From assembly GCA_051453625.1 (NCBI GenBank), contig JBOZIK010000001.1, forward strand, positions 47,578,508-47,642,507: a stretch of 64,000 nt of DNA, given 5' to 3'. Within the stretch, counting starts at the first letter, position 1, and each line of letters begins with the position of its first letter. The notes under the pieces are model-generated. The model was not told the DNA's origin. It was given only the letters and a program-made list of their open reading frames with translations, and did not search any database. Position numbers and translations under genes: made by a program. This stretch comes from Welwitschia mirabilis (lineage: Eukaryota). Positions 40,301 through 52,644 of the stretch are shown here, in pieces.

Positions 40301-42084
40301 GATAAATCAATTTGAAATGAGTATGTTTGGTGAAATTAAAATTTTTTCTAGAATTCAACTAAAGTAAACTAATGATGGGATATTTACTTCTTAATCCAAA
40401 TACGCAAGAGATTTGATCAAACATTTGAATTAGAAAATGTAAAAACAGTTGATACTTCTATGTCTAGATTATGTAAAGTAAGCCTGGATGAAAATGATAA
40501 ATTAGTAGATCAAAAACTTTACAAAAGCATGATTGGTAGTTTATTATACTTAACCGCAAGTAAACTAGATATCATGTTTAGTATTGGAGTTTATGCAAGA
40601 TATTAATCTAATCCAAAAGAATTACACTTTCAAGCAGTAAAAAGGATAATCAGATACATAAAAGGAACATGTGATTATGATTTATGGTATCCAAATAAAA
40701 CATCTTTTGATCTAGCAGGTTTTAGTAATGCTGATTGGCCAGGTTGCAAAGATGATAGAAAAAGCACAAGTGGAAATTGGTTTCTTCTAGGTTCATGTCT
40801 AGTTGGTTGGACAAGTAAGAAATAAAATTATATTTCTTTTTCCACTACAAAACTAAATATATTGCTGTAGGATGTTGTTTCAGTAACCTCTTATGGATGA
40901 AAGAAATGTTAAGATATTTTAAAATGTCTTTTAAATAAGTTCCTTTTTTTGTGATAATACTAGTGCTATTAATATTTCTAAAAATCCAATTTAGCATTCA
41001 AGAACAAAGCATATTGAACTTAGACGTCATTTTCTTTATGATCAAGTTGAAAAAGGTCATATATCTATGAATTTTATTTCTATAGATTAACATTTAGTAG
41101 ATATCTTTAAAAAACCCCTAAATTTTGATACTTTTATTCATATTAGACACAAACTTGGGGTTCTTTCTTTGTCCTATTATTAATTATAGAGCAGTCGACC
41201 AAACATCATATTCAGTCCACCGGTATAAGTCGATCAACCGGTTTTATACTCAGTCGCCCAGTTCCTTAAAAAGTTCTGTAGTAGTAGCAGCAGCAGCAGT
41301 AGAACAAAAGTCAACTATCGAATGTATCATCTGATTTATTCTTTTATTGTTTACTGTAGATTTTTATTCTTGGATATTTTAATAAGTCATTTTGTCTTAT
41401 CTTTGGGTGAACATTTTGCATTTGAAAATCATCATCTTGTTTTACATACTGTATTTGATTCAAAATGCAATTTAGTTATTTTCATTTACATAATTCTTGA
41501 ATTCAATTAGTATATCTCAGTTAATATATAAATTTATATGTGCTTATTTTAGAAAGAATTAAAATTATTATTTAAAATAAACCAAAATATGTATGTCTTT
41601 GCAATTTATAAGTATTTCTGATCACATATTACATTATTTGGTATTATTGTGTTCTCTCATTTGTGCATATTCAAAACTTGTTACATTTAAAAGAATTAAA
41701 AAGTTATCTATTTAAAATTCCTAAATGTGTATCAAATTTTTGGCTTATCCTTATTTATCATTTGGTATTAAGATAGGGGAAGAAAATATGCTTAATATTT
41801 CTAGCCATATATCTAAATTTTTATTTATTTGCGATTGATGTCAAAGGGAAAGAGAAGATTATAGTTTTCTTTCAAAAGTTTATCAAAGTATTTATGTTTA
41901 AGTCTTTAGTCAAAGAGGGACAAATGATAGTATTGTACTCTTTGTTTAAATGTGTTTTTACCTTGATGTAAGAGGGAGTTTTGATTTTTTTTATGTGTGC
42001 TTAAAAGTATTTGATGAATGAGCTTAAATTATTTAAATTTTTAAAATCACTCAATTGTTTTCCATCAAGGTCAAAGGGAGAGAT

Positions 42085-43315
42085 TATTAGATTATATTTG
42101 CTAATTGATGTCAAACTAATCTCTCTTGTGTAGTTTAAAAATATTACATATTGTATGCAGATGAGATTGAGTTTTGCAAGTAAAATAATTGGACCAAAAT
42201 GCACCAGAAAAATTGCTGAGTTATGTTAACCTCTAGTGGGGGTTGATCGAATTCTAAAGGGATTGACTACATCTAAAGCAGTCACAAGAAAAATGAACTA
42301 AACCCAGAGGGATCGACCAAATTTTAAAGGGTTTGATCGACTTGTAATCTTAAGAGCTAGTATCCTTGAACTGAATGAAAAGGGGTCAACCAGATTTTCA
42401 TGGGATTGACCAGATTTGAGGAGCTGATAAGTAATAGTCTTAGACTGAGAGGAAAGGGGTCAACTAGATTTTCATGGGATCGAACGGACCTGAGAAACTG
42501 ACAGTCCATAGTTCTAGACTGAGAGGCAAGGGGTCAACCGGACCCAAGATGGGGTCAATTGAGTTCCCATGGGGTCGATCAGATTTTTATGGGGTCAACC
42601 AGATAGTGCAAAAAATGTTTTGTATCTATTACCTAGTTGTTATCTAGCCGTTTAACCTTCTATTATAAATATCTATGCCATTGATGACCTAGAGATCTTT
42701 TTTTACTATTCTAATTTGGTAGAAACTTTGTGATCTAAAAGATCTGACTGTATTATCATTGGTACACCAATGTATTACTACACATCTGGTTGAGGAGATC
42801 TATCTTTGGCAAAAAAGTTTTAATCAGAATTAGATTTAGGAGCTTCATCATTGTGATCTATTAGAGAAGAGCTCCATTCATTGTACTGCTATCAAATGTG
42901 TGATATCTTACTAATCAAGGCATCATCACATTACATCCATTACTTCTAGATGTTGAGACTTAGCCTAAAAAAGTTTATTATTAAGGTTGAAACTTAGCCT
43001 ATAAAAGTCTGCCTGTAAAGATTATAGATGAACCTGACAAAACCTGTGGAGTACCAGAGATCTAAAATCAAGCTTAGGAGAAGCTGATCATTGAGAGTGG
43101 AGTTGGAGAGTTCTCAAACCACTATAAATCCCATGTGCATCAAATTGGTAGTTTGTGCTTTTNNNNNNNNNNNNNNNNNNNNNNNNNNNNNNNNNNNNNN
43201 NNNNNNNNNNNNNNNNNNNNNNNNNNNNNNNNNNNNNNNNNNNNNNNNNNNNNNNNNNNNNNNNNNNCCCTCCCCCCCCCCCCCCCCCCCCCCCCCAGGG
43301 TTCCCGCTCCTATCA
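42085..43315 (+). repeat. SIRE-like 3' LTR
   Basis: After PPT AAAGGGAGAGAT; starts TATTAG (TG mutated to TA); colinear with the 5' LTR; ends CCTATCA. Confidence 0.9.
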
Positions 43316-44340
43316 ATTAAGAGTTTTTGGCTATTTGAGGCATACCTTATATTTTTTAAAGTGAATCTCTTTCCATACTCTTATTAAACAATAATGTCAC
43401 AAATTTCCATAATTTTAATAGTATAATAATATCCTAGATACATAACTCCTTTGTATTCTTATATGTAGAAAGCCGGATCTTAGTTAGATAAATATGATAA
43501 AATGCACTTAAATTCAAAATTTAAATACCTTTAAAAGTAGAGGATGTTACAAACTCAATATACAAAGTAACTACTTCTTCATAATTTGATGCTACCCTAG
43601 CTTTATCACTGTCTTTGTCTTCTTCTTATTCTTCTTTTTATTTTTCTTTTTTTTTGAATTCTTCAATTTTCAACATTTGATTCATATATGACTAGGTTTC
43701 TTATAATACTAGCAAGTAACCCTTCTTCTCTATTCCTCTATTTTGTAAATATTCTTTACTAGGATTACAAGATTGATTCTTGTCTTGTATTCTTTATGTT
43801 TCTTTCAAAAATAAGCCTTGATCTATTGTTGCAGATATGTGTTATGATTCCTTCTTAGTTTTCTCATTCAATAATGATGTAATACCATTCAACATCTAAT
43901 GGAACTATGGTAGTAGAGTATTTCCTATAAAAATGCTATTAAGAAACTTGCAATTATATCTACTAACTATAATTTATTAGAAATTATACATAATTATATC
44001 ATTAAAATTTATATTATAATCTAAAGATAGGCAAAAGTACAAATATAAGCTTTTCCTAATACATGAAATTACAAATTCAATATGCTATTTCCAACATAAG
44101 AATTTTAACTAATAATAATCCTAATAGATTTAATATACAAAAATAAATACTTTTCAATATTACTTCTCTATTAGAAGTATCATCTACTATGTATTTTTTA
44201 AATAATAAAAAAATCTAGGTTTATCAACTACTTTAGACCAACTTAACTAAAGAAACTAAAAACATATAAAGAAAAATTTATTTCTAAAGCTCAAAATAAG
44301 TACACCATAATATTCTTAAATTAAATTAACTAATAATAAT
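43316..44340 (-). mobile_element. Probable gag/protease remnant of the Tork-like copia
   Basis: Position upstream of the integrase once the SIRE is removed; weak LRSGFLHI (cf. LDSG.SFH, ~43475) and knuckle-like EKKGY (~43720). Confidence 0.4.
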
Positions 44341-44351
44341 GTAGTAAAATT

Positions 44352-44935
44352 TGATATGCAACAAGAAAAATTCTATGTTCATTTTTGAAATAGACAAACA
44401 AGAATAGAGATTATAGGCATAGTTAACTGTAATTTTCATCCTACTATATTTTAAGAATTTCTTCTATTTTTAGAGTTAATGAGTTTAAGAAGATAATCCT
44501 TATTATGAGATCTTTATTATCTATATATCTTTAGTTATTTAGAAGAAGGTTACATGTTTACACTTGTACTAGTATTAAGGGGTAACACTTGTATGTTAAT
44601 ATTTCTTTAAAATTTCAAAGATAGTTAATGGTAATCATCCTTTCTAACCATCTTCTTAAAATCCTTCTAGATGGACATGTAAATTCTTTGGGTAGTCCTC
44701 CTTTGCATCGTTTTTCTTATTCTTAGTCCACTAAGATGTTTTTCATTCTTGTTCTTTTTCATTTCCTATCTCATAAGATGTTAAAATATCAAAAATATAC
44801 ATATACATTTAAAATAGTCATTCATTATTTTTTTGTAAATAATGATAAAAATATCATGCATATATCAATTAAGCATATATTATGTCATTCATCACATTTT
44901 CAAACTTAATATTTTGAATTTTCTCATGCAAAGAA
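44352..44935 (-). repeat. Possible Athila-type 3' LTR with adjacent PPT region
   Basis: TGAT...ATCA termini (44352/44894) followed by CATTTTCAAACTTAA..TTCTCATGCAA, resembling the reverse complement of the Athila TTGCTTGAGGACAAGCA..TAAGTTTGGGG motif. Confidence 0.3.
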
Positions 44936-46391
44936 AATTTGTACAAAAATTATAAACAAAGGTTAAATATTTACTTAGTCATTATATTACTTCCTATTGT
45001 GAATGTTATTTTTGTGAGAAGAAATTTAACAAAAAACTTTTAAGGTGTTATAGAGTAATATTTTTAGAAGTGCAAAAATATATGGTAAATTTTTACCCTA
45101 AAACTTATCTTCTTGACACATAAATAGTTGGGGATTCATGTTTTTAACTTTACAATTTTATTGTTGAATTTATTTATTTATTTATTCAAATCTAATAGAT
45201 TGTGTTTTATTTAAAATCATTATAATATTCTACTTTAGCATTTATTTCTTAACTCGTACGTTTACATGCTAAATCTACCATCAATATAATTTATTTTCTA
45301 TCAATTTCATAAAATAAAAGTATTATTTACTTACATATAACATGTGTCAAAATTAAATTTTAATGGCCATAATAATTAATATCGGTAACCTCCTTTGCCA
45401 TATTATAGTCATTTTCTAAGCTATTTTTATGTGTCCTTGAATCCTCATTCTTCACTTATCCTTTCCTCCTACTTCACCTCTTCCATATCGATGACATCAC
45501 CTAAAGTGCTTACACTTTTTAATAATGGCATTGGAAAGAAGACAGAGTAAAATTTAAGGAGGGTATTTATTAAATTCTAGACCTAGTAAAAGTACTCCTA
45601 TCTAGTTACTTATTAAAAAAACTTATTAATGGATTATCAATATTATTTAATGATTATTGATTTACTATTTTATAGGCATTAAATAAAGGAATGTTTAAGA
45701 TTTGCAAAGGCACATTAAAGATAGGCTCAGACAATGAGTAGGAAGATTAGTTTAGTAAATTAGGATTTATAGTTAATTACTTAACACATGTCAAATATTT
45801 TTTAATAAAGTCCTCATATAGGACTTAATTTTGGGTTGAAAATTAATTAATTATCCTTTTTTAAAATTTTATACCATGACTTAGGCGTGTCTTATTATTT
45901 GATTCATCACTAATTAAACTGAGTTTATATGTATGTCTATTAAAAGATTTAAAAATATTCTAGATAATAAATCTATTGGAAATCATTTACCTCTCAATTA
46001 GTAAATTTACTTCTAAGTTAAAACTTTGTCATGGATTTTTGCTATCATGCTCAACTACATGTCATGAAGAAAGAAGATTCAGTAAGCAACCTATGAATTC
46101 TTTATTAGATAAATTTTCTTTAGAATTAGTTAAGTAGGTTATCATATTAGGAGAAAAATTTATAGTAAAGAGCTAAAGGTGTTGTTTAGTTATTAACTTG
46201 TTCTAAGCACTAACTGATAAGCATGCTTCATGAAAGGAAATGGCTTAAAGGGAAAAACATTCTCAAGAGGTTGTAAATTTTCACTAGACAATATTTTTTA
46301 GAGGATACTATATTTCAATTTATTAGAATAGATTTTCATATGACATTATGAAAATTTTTAATAAACATACATGTTATCATATGCCTTTGTA

Positions 46392-46438
46392 TATGTGTGT
46401 GTTTATGTATGTGTGTTTTTGTGTGTGTGTGTGTATGT
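46392..46438. repeat. Imperfect (TG)n microsatellite
   Basis: TATGTGTGTGTTTATGTATGTGTG..GTGTGTGTGTGTGTATGT. Confidence 0.8.
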
Positions 46439-47329
46439 AACTATAAAAGAAATTTATTACCTAAAATTATAGAGGTTTTCATAGAATTAACTTTTAGATC
46501 TTCATTAATTCACCAATATTATTGATCATTTAATATTTAAGTTTTTTAACCAAAATTTTTATATATTGTCCTAGATTAATCTTTCATCTTTTCTTAGATC
46601 AACTTATTTTAGTATTTAGTTAACTTATTTTCTTGAAAAATTTGGTTCTATTGTAATAAAATAAAAAAAAAGTTTCTTCAAATCTTGGAAATTACATACC
46701 TGTGGTATGCATACCTATATTTTATTTATTATCGAGTAAGCCTTTTCTATTATTTTTCTAATTAAGCTTCATTTCCTTAGATGTTTCAGCTTTTTATCAT
46801 ATTTGATCATGTCTCTGCACACTCAGCAAAATGTCTACCTGTTCTTCATCTCGATCATTANNNNNNNNNNNNNNNNNNNNNNNNNNNNNNNNNNNNNNNN
46901 NNNNNNNNNNNNNNNNNNNNNNNNNNNNNNNNNNNNNNNNNNNNNNNNNNNNNNNNNNNNATGTCTCTGCACACTCAGCAAAATGTCTACCTGTTCTTCA
47001 TCTCGATCATTATCCGTACAGTATCTTGGACTAAAAAAAAGAAAGAAAAATAAAGAAACTAGAAAACAAAATCACCAAAAACTAGAACAGAAACACACTA
47101 TAAGACATCTTCTAGTGTTATCTAGATAACAAATGATATGGTATCGATTTATTACATAGTGAAAAACCAAAAACAAACTTGTGGTAAAAATAATAGAAAA
47201 TCCTAACCCTAGGCCATCATTCACCTATATTGTCTGGATGACAAACAGAATGACAAGCTTAAAAAACATGGAATGAAAAATAAAAATCATGAAAAAACAT
47301 GAAAATAAAATTTGCAATATTTATAGTAA

Positions 47330-49600
47330 AAATATAATGCTACTGAAATAAATACCTAAATGGAAATCCAAAGCACTTATCTAGGTAATGACAATCCTTG
47401 AACTTTATGTGGCCTTCTCTGGTAATATTGTTAAGATGTTACGGTGTGTATTTATGAAAATGTTATGTCCCTTATCACAAAGGTTATCTTACACTTTGGA
47501 ATCCCCATGAAAGGAATCCTAAAAAGAAGAAATGCTAAAAAATAATTTTTGATAAATTGTTCACAAATATTATAAACTAATAGAGAATTTCTAAAAATCT
47601 AGAATTAGAGAAGAACAAGTCTAATAAGATGTGTCAATGTTGTTTCTTTAGTGTAAGGGCATTTTCATTGAGTACAAGTGACTTCAGCTTGTATATTTTG
47701 AAAATGATTTTGTTAAAAGTCTTCCAAATCTCTTTCTTTATGCCTTTTCTACTTCCAAGATATCTAGTATATTTCCTCAAGGATATGACCATTTAAATTA
47801 GTTTAAACATTGTCTAATGACTCTAAATGGCTAGTTTCAGATGTCTAAGGGTTATTATTGTTTCATAGTATTTTTCGGAGTAGACATATTTAATCTCATA
47901 TACATTCTTCTCATAAATGTATTTAATATTAATAAAGATCTTTAATGTAAATGTCTTCAACATGTAAGTTATCTTGAGTTAACTTGCTCAAACTTCAACA
48001 AGCTTTGATCTATTCTTTTTCCTATCCCTCTGGCATTATGAATTCATTATGCAAAGTCTTCTTAGATATCTGGAGAATGAAAAAATCTTGATTAACACCC
48101 TTATAATTATTTATGGTTAAATTATATTATTCATTATATTAAATGCAAATGTCAATAAACACTAGATGAGTACGCAATATCATTCTTCCATAGGAACAAC
48201 TCAAGTATACTTAGCAAAAATGGCATAATATTAATAATTCTATAATGAAGTTAACAAGAAAAATAAAGAGTTTCAAATTTTTTTTAAACTTTAATTACTA
48301 ATATGGAAAGAGAAATGAGCTTTAAAGGTCTAGCTTAAATTATCTAATAACACACCTTCATTCTAATAGATCATGAAATTCTTGAAACATAGGCTAACAT
48401 TATCAAGTCATGATGGTTCAAGCATGGTGATATAATCTTATTTACTACATGAGTGTTAATGAATTTAATAGTCACTTTGATCTTTCATAGCCCTTCATGA
48501 ATATAAATAGTAAAGACAAAATTGTACTTAAGATCTATAACATGACACTGACTATAACCAATAAATAGTGATAGAACTTAATAATGTAGTCTCACCAAAG
48601 GATTAAAAGTATTGTTTTAACATGCATTAGAAATCGAAGAGTGAATGACTACTCTTATATTAAGATAAAAAATAATTTCACCTAATACTGTGTTGAGAAT
48701 TTATTTTGAAAATTCATTAGGAAAGTAGGAAAGTAAGCAAACTCTAAGTTTTTGCCTAACTTATCTATTCGCAATCCTTAACTATAATGATATACTACAC
48801 TTTTTCTATAACATAAACTATCAAGTAATAATGGCTTGGATCATGATGAATGATTTCATTCATCATATAAAGTTCGGTAAATTCAATAGCCACTTGATCC
48901 TTGATAGCCTTAAAATAATAATGGAAAGTAAGAAAGTAAGTACCAAAAATCTATAAAATTAAAGAAGACTTAGATAAAATGATTATATAATTTACCTAAA
49001 TAATAATATAATTTAATACTAAATTTGTTATTTAAGCATTAAAAGTACAAAGCGATTTGCAACTTAAAATCAAAAAAAGGCAACTAGTATGTATTAAAAG
49101 AAAGGCACATTACATCAAAGGAAGAAGCAAGCTAGAAAGAACTTCTCAAGCTATCTTTAAAGCAAGCTCACTCCTAAAGAAAGTAATTAAAAGGCCATGT
49201 CAAGTTCATACTTCAAAGGATCTATATTTTCACCAAAATGCAGGACATTACAAATGAGCACTCAAGGCTCTTTTATAGGCAAATATGGATTGTGGAGTGG
49301 TTACAAGCCTTTAGCATATAACGTTAGGTGAGTAGTTATAAAATATGACATGTAGCATTAGGTGGAGTTTTTATCATCATGCATTAGGTAGAAATCATTA
49401 TGAAAAGCCCAACATTTAACTTTTAAATGCTACTACTTTTTCTAACCGCTATTATTACCATGTGTCTCCACTATCATCCTACTCAACACTACCACATGTC
49501 ACTACGACATGTTATTGTCCTCACCACCATGTGTCATCAAATATGTTAGTTATTGTTAATGTGAAATCCAATTAAGCCCATAATTTCATTTGAATATATT
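47330..49600 (-). repeat. Decayed LTR-like sequences
   Basis: Inverted similarity to 16870-16920, an internal diverged repeat (~48400-48495 vs ~48815-48910), and reverse TATA GCCTATAAAAGAGCC at ~49270. Confidence 0.3.
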
Positions 49601-50169
49601 TTGCATGATAAGTCAGGAACATGAGTTTTAAATTATTTTGCTTAGAAGGACTGATAGCACTTGTGAGGACAGGCAGTGGTACTAGTGTTATAGTTTAGAT
49701 GATCATTATTTTTAAGCATGTCCTCAAAGTGAGATAATTATTTTTAAAAAGTCATGAAAAGATGATAAATCCATGGTTATTATAGAAAATAAGTAGAAAA
49801 TGTGTTTTTTGTAATAAATTAGTTATATTGATGTTTTTTATCAAGATAAATTGGTCAATCAACTTGATTAGAATATCAATTTTTACATGTTAATACATGG
49901 TAATGAAAATGAAAAAAATTCAAACATCTATAAATGCAAAATGTGCAATACCTAATATAATGACCACTTTATTGATTTTTTTGTGAATCATATTTTTATT
50001 AAATAGATCACAATGTTAAACAAATAAGATATCCTCTAAATAAACCTATAAAACATCAAAAATTAGTAAGAAGATTTTCAAGCGCATGAATTAGAAAAGT
50101 AATTACAAATTCATCTTCAAATCCCACCTTTTCTTTTTTATTTTAACATTTTTCCACAATTACTTTGAT

Positions 50170-50615
50170 CTTAAAATTTTATACCATGAGGGCAAAGGTA
50201 ATAAAGTTGCAGATGCTCTTAGTAGACATGGCTATTTTAAAACTATTATGGAAATTCAAAATCAGATACCTATTATTATTTTGAAAGGTCAAAAAAAAGA
50301 TCTAAATTGTCAAAAATTAAAGGATAGTTAGAGAAATCAACAATTTATGAGACTTTAGTATTGCTTTAAAAGGTATTATTAAATTCAAGGGAATAATGTT
50401 GGTTTTAAATGTAGATGAAATCAAATAAAAGATAATATTTGAATTTCATAATCCTCTAATATTAGATCATCCTAGAGGAATAAAGATGTACCAAAACATG
50501 AAGCAAAAATTTTTTGATAACCAGGGATGAAAAAGGATATAGCAAAATTTGTATCAAGGTTTCTAAATTATCAACAAGTTAAGACAAAACATAGGAATCC
50601 AGTAGGACTATTTTA
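50170..50615 (+). mobile_element. Ty3/gypsy (Tekay/Del-like) RNase H end and integrase zinc-finger fragment
   Basis: YHEGKGNKVADALSR; HPRGIKMYQNMK; PGMKKDIAKFVS..QQVKTKHRNPVGLF. Confidence 0.85.
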
Positions 50616-50619
50616 TAGT

Positions 50620-52644
50620 TGAAGGTAGGAAGAAAAAGTCTCTGAACAAAACACACAACTCAAAGAAAATAAAGAAGGGAATATTGCGAATGAGGTAGTA
50701 GCAGTAACACCTGTTAGTTCCCAAAACTCAATGCCAGAAAGTTAAAAATCAACGTCAAAGGCATCATTGTCAGAGGAGAGTGAGTCATCGAAAAAGTTCA
50801 AATCACTCAAATACGATATTTATGCCACATCTCCACTAGTATTGTTTATTAGAGATCCTATTTTTGTTGAAGAAATAATGGAGAAACTGGAATGGAGGAG
50901 TGCAATGAAAGATAAACTTCAGGACATACAATGAAACCAAACATGGAAGCTTGTTAATCTACCAGAAGGTAAAAATGCAATTAGCTTGAAATGGATTTTT
51001 AAAGCTAAGTACTTAGCTGATGATAGCATTCAAAAACACAAGGCAAGGTTAGTGGTCAGAGGCTATGCACAGCAACAAGGTCTAGATTACGAAGAGATGT
51101 TTTCATCTGTTGCTCGATTCAAAATGGTTAGAATTATTCTAGCACTCGCAGCTCAAAAATAGTGGAAGGTCTTTTAATTTGATGTTAAGTCGACATTCCT
51201 AAATGGTGAGTTAGAAGAGGAGGTGTATGTGTGTCAGCCCTCAGGCTTCGAAAGCTAGAAGAATTCAGATAAAGTGTTTCAGCTAAGAAAGGTGCTTTAT
51301 GACCTCAAGCAGACCCCTCAAGCATGGTACTTCAAAATTGATGATTTCTTCCATAAAAATGGGTTCGAAAGGAGTATGCACGAGCCTACTCTATATCTGA
51401 AAAGGCAAGGTATGAATGACATTATAATAGTCAGTCTCTATGTAGATGGTATGATCTACACGAGCTCTTCTTTGCATCTTATTTTGGAGTTTAAGGAGTC
51501 CATGAAGAGCATGTTCGAAATGACAGATTTGGGAGAGTTGCATTATTTCTTAGGACTAGAAATAGGTCAGACTACTGCTATGATTTTTATGTCTCAAAAG
51601 AAATATGTATAAGATACTCTGAAGAAATTCAACATGACCAGCTGCAAAACAGCCATCACTCCCATGAACATCAATAAAAGATTAAGGTCTGATGATGAAA
51701 CAGGAATGGCAGAGGCAAGTATATACAGAAGCTTAATTGGTCGTTTGATTTATCTAACTCATTCTTGTCCAGATGTGACTTTTTCAGTTGGAGTACTATC
51801 ATAATTCATGCACAAGCTATCCAAGCATCATTTTGGTGCAGCTAAAAGAGTGTTACGATATCTGGCTGGCGCAAAGGAGTTCAGGGTCTGGTTTCAAAAA
51901 GTAAAGAATTTTCATCTTAAAGGATATTCGAATAGTGACTGGGCAAGCTCAGTGGAGGATAGAAGAATCACATCTAGTAATTGTTTTGTGCTTGGTTCAG
52001 CAGAAATATCATGGGGGTCGAAGAAAGAAGCCACAGTAGTACTTTCTTCTACCAAGACGGAGTATGTTACAGCCACTACTATGGCATGCCAAGCTGTATG
52101 GTTATGAAGGATTTTGCATGATTTAGGTGAAGAACAGATCAATGCAACCAGCATACTTTGTGATAACAGCTCTGCTTTTATGCTTGCAAAGAATTCGGTG
52201 TATCACAGCAGAACCAAACATATTGAGATTAAACACCATGTCATAAGGGAGCTGATGTTCAAAGATGAGGTCAAATTGGAAAGTTACAACATAGAAAATT
52301 AAGTAGCAGACCTAATGACTAAAAGTTTACCCCAAATGAAGCATGAAGAGTTTTGTTCACACCTGGGAATCTCCACGTTTGAATAAAAGGGAAGTGTTGG
52401 AAATCAAGTTGATTCGAACTTCCTGTAGTTTGTTATTCAGTTAGAGTTAATAAGTTAGAGTCTGATTTCTAGCTAGTAAAATGTGTAAGTAGTTGAGATA
52501 TTTTAGCTATTTTATTATCTCCTTTTTCAAATTATCGTTGTTGTGTTGCCTATTTAAAGGCTATGAACTTGTTTAATAAAAACATGGTGTCGAGCATCAA
52601 TTTCTTTGCACATAAATCTGTTATTCTATTATAAATTACCAACA
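50620..52644 (+). mobile_element. 5'-truncated Ivana-like copia: RT-RNase H, PPT, 3' LTR (52395-52644)
   Basis: KHKARLVVRG, SLYVDG, GYSNSDWA, HSRTKHIEIKHH, ADLMTK; PPT AAAAGGGAAG; 250-bp LTR TGTTGG...CCAACA. Confidence 0.92.

Larger units (their letters stand above)
34521..43315 (+). mobile_element. SIRE/Maximus-like copia with two LTRs (mosaic across gaps), no env-like ORF
   Basis: 5' LTR 34521-35977; PBS TGGTATCAGAG 35980-35990; short gag; WYLDSGCSRHMTG; INT RSDHGGEF; RT YVDD; RNase H; multi-PPT leader; 3' LTR 42085-43315. Confidence 0.92.

Noticed and set aside
41125..41510. Hydrophobic ORFs after SIRE RNase H as env-like gene
   Set aside because: Short (<70 aa), overlapping the pol end or in T-rich leader, without ATG-supported conservation between the two copies.
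43268..43296. Poly-C / poly-proline ORFs
   Set aside because: Expanded or miscalled C-tract of the SIRE LTR end next to a gap.
46809..47012. Direct repeat and X-containing ORFs around the gap
   Set aside because: Identical contig overlap, not a biological repeat.
46991..47030. Possible 40-bp minus-strand micro-exon (T-rich AG ... CAG/GT)
   Set aside because: No partner exons found, the nearby gene already stops at 62970, and the peptide is not recognised.
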